A stretch of 64,000 nt of DNA from a bacterium (GTDB lineage Bacteria > Cyanobacteriota > Sericytochromatia > S15B-MN24 > VGJW01), in the NCBI GenBank assembly GCA_021781555.1, contig JAJXWQ010000005.1, positions 4,333 to 68,332 on the forward strand, read 5' to 3'. The notes under the pieces are model-generated. The model was given only the letters and a program-made list of their open reading frames with translations. It was not told the origin of the DNA and did not search any database. Position numbers and translations under genes: made by a program. This document shows, one piece after another, positions 32,035 to 41,689 of the stretch (positions within the stretch are counted from its first letter, which is position 1; each line of letters starts with the position of its first letter).

Positions 32035-32356
32035 TTACTTCTTGCGGACGAGCTTGATGGGCTTGTTGCAGGAAAAGCAGTTGAACTCGCGGATCTCGGC
32101 CAGGACATCGTTCCTCTGCCCGCAATGCGGGCAGGTGATGGACTTCTGACGGGCGTTGAGACCCCGGTAGAGAATGACCCCGCCCCAGGCGCCGAACATG
32201 AGCGCCATGGCGATCAGGGTGAAGCCATACTGCCGGTTGAAGAACAGGGCAATCACGCCCAGGATCAAGATCACCAGGGCCGAGGCCAGGCGGCCGAGAC
32301 CGGGGCTGATGATACCGAGGCGGTTCTTGGGGCGATTGGGAGGACTGGCGAGCATG
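32035..32356 (-). CDS. Small membrane protein with C-terminal zinc-ribbon (CPHC...CFSC)
   Basis: 107 aa from the internal Met; 2 TM helices then a CxxC-N13-CxxC motif; convergent with spoVS. Confidence 0.5.
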
Positions 32357-32645
32357 CAACCTACATGCCCACGACCCTCGCCTTGATCACGCAGCCCCGG
32401 CAGCGATGGCCACGACCCTTGGCGCCCGAGGAGTCCAGCGGCCCCGCCGGCGTTCACAGCAGCGCCCCGCAACCGCAGTGCCGTGGCGAAGTCTGACCTC
32501 CCGTCGGGCTTCCCCACGCTTCGGGACGGCAACCTTGACGGCGGCGGACAGCCCGTGGGACAAGTGGTGACTGGAACCATACGGCCGCCGGGCGCGTCCA
32601 CCCATCAGTTCCAGTCGGCAGCTCGATCCGGAGGACCCCTTTCCC

Positions 32646-33254
32646 GTGCTGAGATTATTATCCCTGCTCAAGGCCGGCGGGATCATGATGTTGCCCATCT
32701 CGCTGGCCTCGATCGTGGCCATCGCGCTCATCCTCGAGGCCTGGTGGATCCTGTCGCGGTCGCGATCGCGGTACGAGGAGCTCCGGGAGTGGCACGGGCC
32801 CTTGCCCAAGGGGAGACGTGGCGATCTCTTCTCCGTGCTCCTGGCCTGGCTCCATGGCCACCCCGGGGCGAGCGAGGAGGATCAGCGCGCCGAGGCTTCC
32901 GCCATCCTGGCCGGCGTCGAGCGCAAGGTCGGCTGGCTGAACACCATCGCGGCCATCGCCCCGCTCTTGGGCTTGCTCGGGACGGTGTCCGGGATGATCT
33001 ACAACTTCGCTTTGGTCGCCACGACCCGCCCGACCGATCCCCTCAACCAGCTCTCCCGTGGCATCTCGGAGGCCCTCGTCTCCACGGCGGGTGGCCTCAT
33101 CGTCGCGATCATCTCCGCCCTGGGCCACCACTGGCTCATGAACGGCCTCGAGGCATTTGCCGACGAGGTCGGCACCTACCTCAAGGGCTACGCTCGCAAT
33201 CGTGCCGATGCGCATGGCCACGAGGCAGCCGGAGCTCGGCCGGTCAATGCTTGA
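32646..33254 (+). CDS. exbB: MotA/TolQ/ExbB proton-channel family protein
   Basis: 3 TM helices; motif TIAAIAPLLGLLGTVSGMI typical of ExbB/TolQ. Confidence 0.8.
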   Translation: MLRLLSLLKAGGIMMLPISLASIVAIALILEAWWILSRSRSRYEELREWHGPLPKGRRGDLFSVLLAWLHGHPGASEEDQRAEASAILAGVERKVGWLNTIAAIAPLLGLLGTVSGMIYNFALVATTRPTDPLNQLSRGISEALVSTAGGLIVAIISALGHHWLMNGLEAFADEVGTYLKGYARNRADAHGHEAAGARPVNA

Positions 33255-33681
33255 GCTGAGGAACGGTACGACCCCGCGCGTGGTCGTACGCCGCAAGCGG
33301 CCCGTCCGCTTCGAGCTGATCCCGATGATCGACGTCTTCATGATCATCTCGCTCTTCTTGATGGTGATGGCGTTCCTGCCGCAGATCACGGACTCCCTCA
33401 AGGCCGACCTCCCGACCAGCAAGACCGCCGCCAAGACTCCGCCCGCCACGGTGGTGCAGATGACCCGGAACGGCGACATCATCCTCTCCGGCCAGACCGT
33501 GCCGCCCTCGCTCCTCGAGGCCCGGCTCAAGGCTCTGCTGGCCAGCCGCCCCGATCTCGCGGTGATCATCGCGGCCGACAAGCGCCTTCCCTACGAGAAG
33601 GTCATCGGCCTCATCGACGACGTCAAGACAGCCGGAATCAAGCACCTGGCCCTGGCCACGGCGCGACCTGGCAGCCTGTAG
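33247..33681 (+). CDS. exbD: ExbD/TolR biopolymer transport protein
   Basis: N-terminal motif PMIDVFMIISLFLMV; 144 aa; ATG overlaps the exbB stop. Confidence 0.8.
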   Translation: MLELRNGTTPRVVVRRKRPVRFELIPMIDVFMIISLFLMVMAFLPQITDSLKADLPTSKTAAKTPPATVVQMTRNGDIILSGQTVPPSLLEARLKALLASRPDLAVIIAADKRLPYEKVIGLIDDVKTAGIKHLALATARPGSL

Positions 33682-33695
33682 CAGGCCTCCCACCC

Positions 33696-34631
33696 TCAAA
33701 AAGCCGGAACGATCTCGCCCACGTCGAGGCCCGCGTGATTGGTCACCGTCAAGCGGGTCAGCGGCAGGAGTTCCTCGTACTCGTGGTCATGGAGCAGACC
33801 CAGGCGCCGTAACAGCGTCACCAGAACCGGACCGACCGCCCGTGAGCTACCATCGGCGATCTTGACCGCGAACCCGATCCCTAGCTCCGGCAGGCAGCCG
33901 GCGGCGACGCCCTCGGCACCGCCCTTGGAGAGCACCCGGCCGCCGGTGACCTGCATGAGTCGTGTGTCGCGCCGACCGGTCCCGGAAACCATGGCCGGGT
34001 GGGTGCACATCGCGGCTGCGATGCGGCGGCCCGCCGGATCGCCGGGAAGCCGGGCGTAGGCCAGCGCCAGGCTGGCCATCGGCATGTACCACGTAGGGAC
34101 GCTGCAGCCATCGATCGCGCACGCCAGCCGCGTCTCGCCGAGTTGCTCGATCCCGCTGGCGATCTCGTGCTGGAGCGGGTGGGTCGGGTCGGTATAGGAG
34201 GCGACATCCCACCCCGAGTGCACGCACGTCGTCAGCATCCCCGCGTGCTTGCCGGAACAGTTGTTGGCAAGAGACGTTGGCGGTGCGCCTGCGTCGGCCA
34301 GTGGCCGGTGGGCGCCGCAGCGAAGGTGGTGCGGCGTCAGCCCGACCTGCTCGAGGATGCGCGCGACGCCCGCTTGATGGGGAGCCTCGCCCGCATGCGA
34401 AGCGCAGCACAGCGCCAGATGCGAGTCGTCGAGCCCGAGGGAGTCGAAGGCCCCCGAGCGCACCAGGGGCAAGGCCTGGAAGGGCTTGGCGGCCGAGCGC
34501 ACGAAGATCGAGGGTGCGCCCGGGATCTCGTAGAGCACGCTCCCCTGGGCGTTCATGACCACCGCCCAGCCGTGGTGGAGGCTCTCCACCCGATCTCCGC
34601 GGCGAACTTCGGCCAGTACTTTCATCGTCAT
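33696..34631 (-). CDS. L-asparaginase II-family protein (Rhizobium-type asparaginase)
   Basis: 311 aa; conserved SAAKPFQALP and CSGKHAGML motifs. Confidence 0.75.
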   Translation of the reverse strand: MTMKVLAEVRRGDRVESLHHGWAVVMNAQGSVLYEIPGAPSIFVRSAAKPFQALPLVRSGAFDSLGLDDSHLALCCASHAGEAPHQAGVARILEQVGLTPHHLRCGAHRPLADAGAPPTSLANNCSGKHAGMLTTCVHSGWDVASYTDPTHPLQHEIASGIEQLGETRLACAIDGCSVPTWYMPMASLALAYARLPGDPAGRRIAAAMCTHPAMVSGTGRRDTRLMQVTGGRVLSKGGAEGVAAGCLPELGIGFAVKIADGSSRAVGPVLVTLLRRLGLLHDHEYEELLPLTRLTVTNHAGLDVGEIVPAF

Positions 34632-34710
34632 TGCAGTTTTTACCAGGGAAAGGGCATCGGCGTCACGCTCGGGGTTGCAAAACCATTGGATCGGAGCCCC
34701 GGCGCGGTCC

Positions 34711-36086
34711 TCATCGTGTCACCGCGGCCAGGGCGTTGACGACCCCGTAGCCGAAGAAGCTGTTGAAGCCCGTGTTGGCTGTCGGCGGCTCGCCGGCGGT
34801 CTTGATCAGCTCGGCCTGGATCTGGGCCGCCGACCAGGTCGGATGTACGGACAGGATGAGGGCCGCGACGCCCGACACCATCGGCGCGGCCATCGACGTA
34901 CCGCTGGCATAGGCATAGGCGCCCTCGTCCGGCGTCGATGCGGCGGCGCCGTTGGCCAGCTGGCGCGGTACCGTGGACAGGATATCCACGCCCGGAGCGG
35001 CCACCGAGACAAACGGGTTGAAGTTGGAAAAGTCAGCGTGCTCGGTCTGGATATCGCTACCGTTGCTCGCATCCACCAGACGGGTCGCCGCCACCGACAC
35101 GACGCCCGGATAGGAGGCCGGGTACTCCAGCGGATTGCCATCGAGCGCCTCGTTGCCGGCGGCTGCTACCACCAGGATCCCCGCTTGCAAGAGCTTGTCG
35201 ATCTCGTCCTGCTCGATGGCGCTGGGTTCGGTCGAGCCCAGGCTCAAGTTGACGATCCGGGCCGGTGTCTCGAGCACGTGATCGAGGCCAGCGACCACGT
35301 TCGCGGTCGTCCCACCTTCGACTCCCATCACCCGGATGGGAATCACGCGCGCCTGGGGAGCCACGCCCACGGTCCCGAAGGATCCGATCTGGGCCGCGAT
35401 GATCCCGGCGACGTGGGTGCCATGCCCGAAATCGTCGAGGGGCAGCGTGCTCTTGGCGGGATCGTAGTAGTTGGCCGCGTTCTTGAGGTCGAGGTTGTTC
35501 ACCAGATCCGGATGCCCCACGTCGGCACCCGTATCGACGACCGCGACCTCGACGCCGTTGCCCAGGGCGCCCTGGTCCCAGGCTTGCGGCGCCTCGATCT
35601 GAGTCACGCCCCATTGCCCGGGGAGACCTCCCGAGGGCGGGTACAGCGGGTTGGGAACGTTGTACTGCACCCGGTAGCCGGTGCTCACGGCGGTCCCGTG
35701 AACGGGGCCCGGGGTAAAGCCGCCGACCATATCATCGTGAAGGGTAAAGGCCGGCTCGGCATGCACCACGTCGTGGTCCCGATCGAGGCTCTGGAGGGCC
35801 AGGATCTCCGAACGGCCCGAAACCCGGGCGGACCAGATGTCGGCGGTGAGCTGCTGAGCCGGAGTCGCACCCGCGGACTGTTGCTCCTGACGCATGCGGG
35901 CCGCCGAGGTCCCTGAAGCGAACTCGACCAGAAGCTGGCCCGGCACGTAGGTCCCGCCCGGCGGCAACACCGCCGTGGGCAGCAGCGACAGGCAGCCGGG
36001 GAGGAAGGTGGCGATCGTGGCGACGCCCACGAGGCGACCGGAGGCCGCACCCGGCCTCCGGACGCTCCGCGCCGGCTCGTGCCTCA
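34711..36086 (-). CDS. Secreted subtilisin-like serine protease (peptidase S8)
   Basis: Catalytic triad motifs VAVVDTGAD (Asp), HGTHVAGIIAA (His), SGTSMAAPMVSG (Ser); signal peptide; ATGA overlap with the upstream lipoprotein gene. Confidence 0.9.
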
Positions 36087-37598
36087 TCGCATGAACCACA
36101 TGCCGCTGGTGTAGGATTCGAGGGTCTTCTGGCGGTAAGGGGCGAAGATGGGTCCGCCCTCGGGCTGCAGCAGCCCGAGCGAAGAGGAGGGCCGGGAAAC
36201 CGCCGATCCGGTGGCGATCTGGTCTGGAGCCGGCAGCACGTCGTTCGGATCCAGGGCCGATGGCGACGTACCCTCGAATGCGGACGAGATTGCGTAGACG
36301 TCCCACGAATACGAGGCGCCGGGGATCAAGGCCCCCCCGTTGATGTCGCCGTCGCTCCACCAGGGATAGCCGATGGCCGTGGTCGATCCATCCACCGCGG
36401 CCTCCCACTTGGGCGCCGTGTCGCCCTGCTCGATCACCTTGACCACGTAGCTGTCGGCCCCTGCGACCGGATCCCAGGAGAACACGGGGTGGGCCCCGAC
36501 CCCCTTGGCGCCCGTGGCCGGGCCTGTGGGCTTGGGCGGAGACAGGAGCGTGAAGGAAGCCTTGGAGGGATCGTCCGTGGCGATGGAGACCTCGGAGACC
36601 TCGCTGCCATCGGCGCTGGTGGCCTTGCCATCCAGGATGTAGCGGTAATCCGGGCCGATGCTCGGGATGGCGACACTCTGCTGGCTCTGGTACTGCCTGG
36701 CGACAAGGAGCGAACCGAGCAACCCGAAATCGATCGAGATGTCGGTCTCCACCTGGCTGGCCCAACCGATGTTGCTGTAAGAGACGTTGGCCGTCCTCGC
36801 GAAGGTGCGGCCGAGCTCGAGCGGCTGGGGATCCGGCCAGGGAATCACCGACGCCGTGCTGCCGGCCGTGGCTGAATCCGCAAATGGAACGCTGACGATC
36901 TGGTAGTCGAAGCTCATGGTGTTGCCGTACGACTTGAAGCTGAAAGCACCGCCGGTCGAGGGGTCCTGGCTACCGGCCGCGAGCTCTCCACCGCCCAGGA
37001 CCCCCGAATAGACGTTGCCGGGGAGATTGGGGTCCATCTCGGGAAAAGCAAACACGCCGTTTGCGAAGTTCGTCTGGTATGAGCCGAAGAACACCGTTCC
37101 CTTGAGCGTGGGCGCCGGCTGCGGGCCGCTGGCCGAGTACTCGTCGACCTGCCCGGTGATGACCGCCTGGACGATGTGATAGTTGCCGCTCTGGGGAAAG
37201 AGCGGCGAGAGGTAGTACTGGCGGCCGTCCGTGATTCCGCCGTCCTCGTACGTGGCCGAGGTGTAGCCCGCCCGGCTGATGCTGACGACCCGGCGTGAGA
37301 TGTCGCCGTACAGGGAGAAGTTGCCATCGTTGTCGGTCGTGGCCCAGCCGACGTCGCCCTTGCCCAGGTCTCCCATGACCGAGGCATGCCCGATGGGCTG
37401 GTCGGTCAGCGCGTCGAGCACCTGACCGTGTAGCGGCTGGCCGAGGCCCGGGAACAGGCCGGGCAGCGAGGGGGAGACGAGGAGGACGTCGCACCCCCCG
37501 AGCAAGGCGCTGACGGCGAATGCGACCAGGACGGACACCTTGAAGGATCGGCTGGAGAAAGCCGAAGCAGGGCGCCAGAGGTCGCTCATCGCCGGCAT
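36084..37598 (-). CDS. Secreted lipoprotein (hypothetical), about 500 aa, co-transcribed with the S8 protease
   Basis: Lipobox LLGGC after a signal peptide; Gly/Ser/Thr-rich beta-rich sequence; stop TGA overlaps the protease ATG. Confidence 0.6.
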   Translation of the reverse strand: MPAMSDLWRPASAFSSRSFKVSVLVAFAVSALLGGCDVLLVSPSLPGLFPGLGQPLHGQVLDALTDQPIGHASVMGDLGKGDVGWATTDNDGNFSLYGDISRRVVSISRAGYTSATYEDGGITDGRQYYLSPLFPQSGNYHIVQAVITGQVDEYSASGPQPAPTLKGTVFFGSYQTNFANGVFAFPEMDPNLPGNVYSGVLGGGELAAGSQDPSTGGAFSFKSYGNTMSFDYQIVSVPFADSATAGSTASVIPWPDPQPLELGRTFARTANVSYSNIGWASQVETDISIDFGLLGSLLVARQYQSQQSVAIPSIGPDYRYILDGKATSADGSEVSEVSIATDDPSKASFTLLSPPKPTGPATGAKGVGAHPVFSWDPVAGADSYVVKVIEQGDTAPKWEAAVDGSTTAIGYPWWSDGDINGGALIPGASYSWDVYAISSAFEGTSPSALDPNDVLPAPDQIATGSAVSRPSSSLGLLQPEGGPIFAPYRQKTLESYTSGMWFMR

Positions 37599-37761
37599 TA
37601 TACCCTCGGCAGGGAGCCTGTCGTGTCTGGGAAAGCCCCTGATGGCGCCCTTTCTCCAGAGGTCGCTCGGATGTTGCTCGAAAGATCGGCGCCCGAGCAC
37701 CCAAAGGGCGAGCAGCGCCACCTGGAGTTGGAGAGTTTTTCGATCGATCGCATTCTCCTGC

Positions 37762-37790
37762 TTGACAAGCTTTTAAAACTCACTTAAAAT
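37762..37790 (+). promoter_or_regulatory. Near-consensus sigma70 promoter: TTGACA-17 bp-TAAAAT
   Basis: Seen directly in a local AT-rich island: cttgacaagcttttaaaactcacttaaaatgc; about 45 bp upstream of the EF-hand lipoprotein ATG; RBS ggaggga. Confidence 0.6.
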
Positions 37791-37839
37791 GCTTTTATTG
37801 AGCGTTTCACTTTACATTTGCTTGCGTTTGGAGGGACCC

Positions 37840-38517
37840 ATGACCATGAACAAGCTCGCGCTGATCGTCGCGGTCGGTGCCCTGGCAGGCTGCGGCCTCG
37901 CCCCCAGTACGGGGATGCCGACGAGCAACCTCACGGTGAACACCGTCTCGGCCCAGTCCACCCAGGGCCTCGAGGCAGGCTGGACTTCCATCCACAAGGC
38001 CATCTTCAACAAGATCGACGTCAACCACGACGGCTACATCGACGAGTACGAGGCCGGTCCCTACATCTCGCTCTCCGACTTCCAGAAGGCCGACGTCAAC
38101 CATGACGACCGGCTCGACTTCAACGAGTTCATGATGTACGCCACCCAGGGCGGGTTCCTGCAGGGCAACGACACCGAGTCCTCCTTCGTGTCCCGGTTGC
38201 GCAGCCAGCTGGGCGGCATCTTCAAGGACCTGGATACCAACCACGATGGCTGGCTCTCGTCTTCCGAGCTCTCCAACCAGGCGCTCACCCGCGAGGGGCT
38301 GGCCTTCTACTACCCGAACCTCCACATTTCCATCAAGCTCACGAGCGTGACGCCCGCCGAGTTCAAGGCCGCCGATCACCTCGGCACCGGCATGCTCTCG
38401 CAGGCCGAATGGGAAGACCTCTATGTCCAGATGGTGTGCGACGCCATCAACCCGGCGTCGGCCCCGACCCCGGTTCCGAGCCCCATGCCGGCCCCCAGCG
38501 CGGCTCCTAGCAAATAG
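37840..38517 (+). CDS. EF-hand calcium-binding lipoprotein
   Basis: Lipobox LAGCG; three canonical EF-hand loops (DVNHDGYIDEYE, DVNHDDRLDFNE, DTNHDGWLSSSE); Pro/Ala-rich C-terminal tail. Confidence 0.8.
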   Translation: MTMNKLALIVAVGALAGCGLAPSTGMPTSNLTVNTVSAQSTQGLEAGWTSIHKAIFNKIDVNHDGYIDEYEAGPYISLSDFQKADVNHDDRLDFNEFMMYATQGGFLQGNDTESSFVSRLRSQLGGIFKDLDTNHDGWLSSSELSNQALTREGLAFYYPNLHISIKLTSVTPAEFKAADHLGTGMLSQAEWEDLYVQMVCDAINPASAPTPVPSPMPAPSAAPSK

Positions 38518-38539
38518 ACCCCACAACGCAAGCAAACGT

Positions 38540-38567
38540 GGACCGCTGCCCTCGAGGGCGGCGGTCC
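38540..38567. terminator. Bidirectional hairpin (about 13-bp GC-rich stem) between convergent genes
   Basis: ggaccgctgccctcgagggcggcggtcc, a near-perfect palindrome, between the EF-hand gene stop (38517) and the DapB-like gene stop (38597). Confidence 0.55.
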
Positions 38568-38596
38568 ATCGTGCGTGTGGGGCAGGCCGGGCGGGA

Positions 38597-39661
38597 TTAC
38601 CGGTAAAGGTGGGGGAGCGGGAGGTCGAGAACCGTGTGCAGGCCCGGAGCGACCTTGACGATCGCCGGCACGGCATTCAGCAGCGCCGCGACGGTGGCAA
38701 GGTCGCCCGGCAGACCTCCGGGGACCACCAGATCGAGCGAGGGGGTGCCCTCGAGGTGGACCTCGTCGAGGTCGTCGACGCCCCCGAGAGCCATCGTGAG
38801 ATCGAGCTCGACCACGGTACGCCCTTCGACCTGGCCCGAAGCGATCTGGTGCAGGCCCGCGACGCGGCCGATCGGGACCTCCAGGTGCGAGCTGCGCAGC
38901 GGGCGATCGGCCACGATCGGGGCGATCTCGTCGACGACCCGATCCACGCGCCAGCCCAGCGCAGCGGCCAGCAGGGCGCAGGATTCCGCCAGCCCGATGT
39001 GGCCCATCCTCCCGGCCTCGATCTGCTGCTGGAACTCCGCGACGGTCATGCCGGAACCGGTCTTGCGCTGGAGGTTGAGCCGGCGGCGCGAGGTGTCGAC
39101 GACCCGCACGACCCGCGCGCTGCGGACCTCCTGGGCCACCCCGGAAAGGGCGGCAGGAAGGGCATCCATGGCAAAGCCAGGGTTGACCCCGACCCCCACG
39201 ACGGCGACACCCTGCCGGCGCGCGGCGGAATCGATCTCGCGGGCAAGCTCGGGATGCTTGAGCCAGGGATAGGAGAGCTCTTCGGTACTGGAAACCACGT
39301 GCAGGCCCTTGGCGACCAGGGCGAGGATCTGGGGCGCCACATCCTCGAGGAACGAGCCGGTCGTATGGACGGCGACCAGCGGCGCGGCAGGCGAGGCTGC
39401 GGGCAGCTCGGCGATGCTGCCAGCGATGGGAATTCCCCAGGCCTTGTCGTCGACCAGGGTGCCCACGTCGGAGCCCTGCTTGGCGGGGTCCGCGTCGGCG
39501 GCCGCCAGGATCGAGAGGCCGGCGCGCTGTCTGGCAAGCCGGGCTGCAGCCTGCCCGATCGCCCCGAGGCCGACCAGGGCCAGCGGGACCGGAGAACCTG
39601 GCACCGTGGCGGGAGCCGCGTTGGCGAAGGTTCGAGACACGGGAGTAGACATGGTCGTCAT
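38597..39661 (-). CDS. DapB-like NAD(P)-dependent dehydrogenase (dihydrodipicolinate reductase / amine dehydrogenase family)
   Basis: N-terminal Rossmann LALVGLGAIGQAAARL; C-terminal DapB-like fold; start taken at MTTMSTP. Confidence 0.6.
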   Translation of the reverse strand: MTTMSTPVSRTFANAAPATVPGSPVPLALVGLGAIGQAAARLARQRAGLSILAAADADPAKQGSDVGTLVDDKAWGIPIAGSIAELPAASPAAPLVAVHTTGSFLEDVAPQILALVAKGLHVVSSTEELSYPWLKHPELAREIDSAARRQGVAVVGVGVNPGFAMDALPAALSGVAQEVRSARVVRVVDTSRRRLNLQRKTGSGMTVAEFQQQIEAGRMGHIGLAESCALLAAALGWRVDRVVDEIAPIVADRPLRSSHLEVPIGRVAGLHQIASGQVEGRTVVELDLTMALGGVDDLDEVHLEGTPSLDLVVPGGLPGDLATVAALLNAVPAIVKVAPGLHTVLDLPLPHLYR

Positions 39662-39912
39662 GGGCACCATCCAATCATCATCGTCCTGGTTCGTTCCCGG
39701 CGAGGTGCGATCCAGAGCTTTTCGAGGCCAAGACGCACGGCACGGCACTCAAGTCCGGTTCCGGCGCATGCCCATCTTGGCACCGGAGCAGGCGCGTTGC
39801 CAGAGCGCAGGCTGAAACGGCGTGCCGGGCGAGCTCCGCCGCCTCGCCAGCGCTCGCGCAACGCCTGCGGGGCCGAGCCCGAGGGACTTCTGGCACCGCG
39901 CGTTTCGAACCG

Positions 39913-40893
39913 TCAGTTGTTCAGGTGGGCGCCGTTGTAGATCTGGATGGTCGGCATGCGGGGCTTGGGGCGCACCGGGCGCGGCCGGGGCTGCACGGAG
40001 CGGTAGATGATCCGGGTGTCGTGCACCACGACCGGATGGGGACGAGGCACGACGACGGGCTTGGGCCTGGGGACCTGGCCCATCACCATGCCCTCGAGGG
40101 CCTTCAAGGGGATCCGGGGGGTGACCTGCGAGGTATCGCCGGGAGCCCTCAGCGTCAGGTGCAGGTTGCCATCTTGCTGGAGAATCGTCAGGAGGGGCAC
40201 CTGTTCCGCCGGCACCGCCAGGGTGACCGCTCCACCATCGGTCTGCGGGTCCCCGCTGGCCGATGCGTTGCTGCTGAAGCGGTTGCCAACCGACAGCACG
40301 CGGACGTCCTGCAGGATCTGGGTCGAGATCAGGCGACGAGAATCTGCCGATTCGGGAAGGGTGGCGATGAGGTCGGCGTGGTCGTCTGGCCTGGCCAGGC
40401 CGATATCCGGTGCACCCTGCGGAACGAAGAGGAAGGCCTGCTCGTCGCCGTGGAGCTTGGGAGTGATGCCCGTCCGGGCCCCCGGATCGGCCACCCGGAT
40501 GCCCAGCAACACCTCGCCCTTGGCCAGCGGAGCCAGGGTAACCTTGCCGACGGGAGAGTCCGTCTTGCGGAGGTAGCCCTCGGCCAGAAAGTTCTGCGGA
40601 ACCTTGCGAATGGCCACGTCGGCCGCGGTGATCTCGTGGCGCGCTGGAAGGTTGGTCTCGGCCACCCAGACCGCGCGCTTGATCCCCTTGCCGGCAATGC
40701 CCGCCGAGATGTCGACCAGGTAGACCACGGCCAGAAAGGCCGCCAGACCCGCAACGGCAGCCGCGATCAGCAAGAGCCGCGGGTTGAAGTCCAGCGCCTG
40801 CGACGAGGCCACGGGTTTCTTCCTGGCACCGCCAGCCGCCGGTCGGCGTCTCGCCGGCTGGCGATCGCGGAGCTTATCGCGCAGGTCCGCCAA
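39913..40893 (-). CDS. cpaB: Flp pilus assembly protein CpaB/RcpC (SAF domain)
   Basis: Basic N-terminus; single TM (LLLIAAAVAGLAAFLAVVYL); SAF-like segment (IKRAVWVAETNLPARHEITAADV); Pro-rich C-terminus; last gene of the tad-like operon. Confidence 0.7.
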   Translation of the reverse strand: MADLRDKLRDRQPARRRPAAGGARKKPVASSQALDFNPRLLLIAAAVAGLAAFLAVVYLVDISAGIAGKGIKRAVWVAETNLPARHEITAADVAIRKVPQNFLAEGYLRKTDSPVGKVTLAPLAKGEVLLGIRVADPGARTGITPKLHGDEQAFLFVPQGAPDIGLARPDDHADLIATLPESADSRRLISTQILQDVRVLSVGNRFSSNASASGDPQTDGGAVTLAVPAEQVPLLTILQQDGNLHLTLRAPGDTSQVTPRIPLKALEGMVMGQVPRPKPVVVPRPHPVVVHDTRIIYRSVQPRPRPVRPKPRMPTIQIYNGAHLNN

Positions 40894-41026
40894 GGCGACC
40901 TCCCCTCAAGCGATGATCGGGTGCGAGCACCCATCGTACAGCAGCAGGCCCGAGCCGCGCGGGACGGCCCCCGGTCCTCAAGTCGCGATGCACGTCCAAA
41001 AACGGGAGCGGATCGATCCGCCGGCA

Positions 41027-41689
41027 TCACTTGCCACTCACGGTGTCGTAGATCCATGGGTTGGTCTCCAGGATGCCCACACCGGGGAGGTGCGCGGGGG
41101 CCTCGCCCGGCATGTAGGCGCTGCCAGAGACCGTCAGCGGGGCTCCGAGCACCGACGGCGGCGCACCGTAGGCCCTGGATGCCGACTCGAGGTTCTTGCG
41201 CGTCGGCTCGAGGAGGCTCAACTTCTCGCTGACCTTGGCTCCGTAGAGCACGAAACCGAGCGAGAACTGTACCGTATGGCCGTCGACCACCTGGGAAGAC
41301 CGGGCCGCAAAGGCCATCGCGTAGGGCCCGAGCGGAAGGGGATGGAGCTGCTGGGTGGGCACGCGCGTCACCCAGCCCCAGCCCGGTGCGCCGACCTGCA
41401 CCTGCAGTTGCGATCCCGCGGCGGCCTTGGCCGCCGGATCGTACGCGGACTCGAGCGTGGCTGCCTGCAGGACCCCGGCACCCGTGAACTTGTTGACCGG
41501 CCCCCGGGTGGAGTCGATCGCCGCCTGGCGCGCTGCAACCCGCGCGACCATGAGCATCCGCTGACGTTCGATCAACCCTCGCCCCAGGTAGCCAACCGCC
41601 AGCAAAAGCAGCAGACCCAGAGGAATGGCGATCGCGGCCTCGACCAGGGCCTGGCCGCGGATCGCTCGGAGGTCAGTGCAGGATCGCAT
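41027..41689 (-). CDS. TadE-like pseudopilin
   Basis: Prepilin-like N-terminus RGQALVEAAIAIPLGLLLLLAV. Confidence 0.65.
   Translation of the reverse strand: MRSCTDLRAIRGQALVEAAIAIPLGLLLLLAVGYLGRGLIERQRMLMVARVAARQAAIDSTRGPVNKFTGAGVLQAATLESAYDPAAKAAAGSQLQVQVGAPGWGWVTRVPTQQLHPLPLGPYAMAFAARSSQVVDGHTVQFSLGFVLYGAKVSEKLSLLEPTRKNLESASRAYGAPPSVLGAPLTVSGSAYMPGEAPAHLPGVGILETNPWIYDTVSGK

Noticed and set aside
32357-32645. A 290-bp GC-rich intergenic region between the zinc-ribbon membrane protein and exbB, considered as a possible ncRNA
   Set aside because: No recognisable RNA family motif, no strong secondary-structure signature and no repeat similarity. Conservation and covariance data, which I do not have, would be needed.
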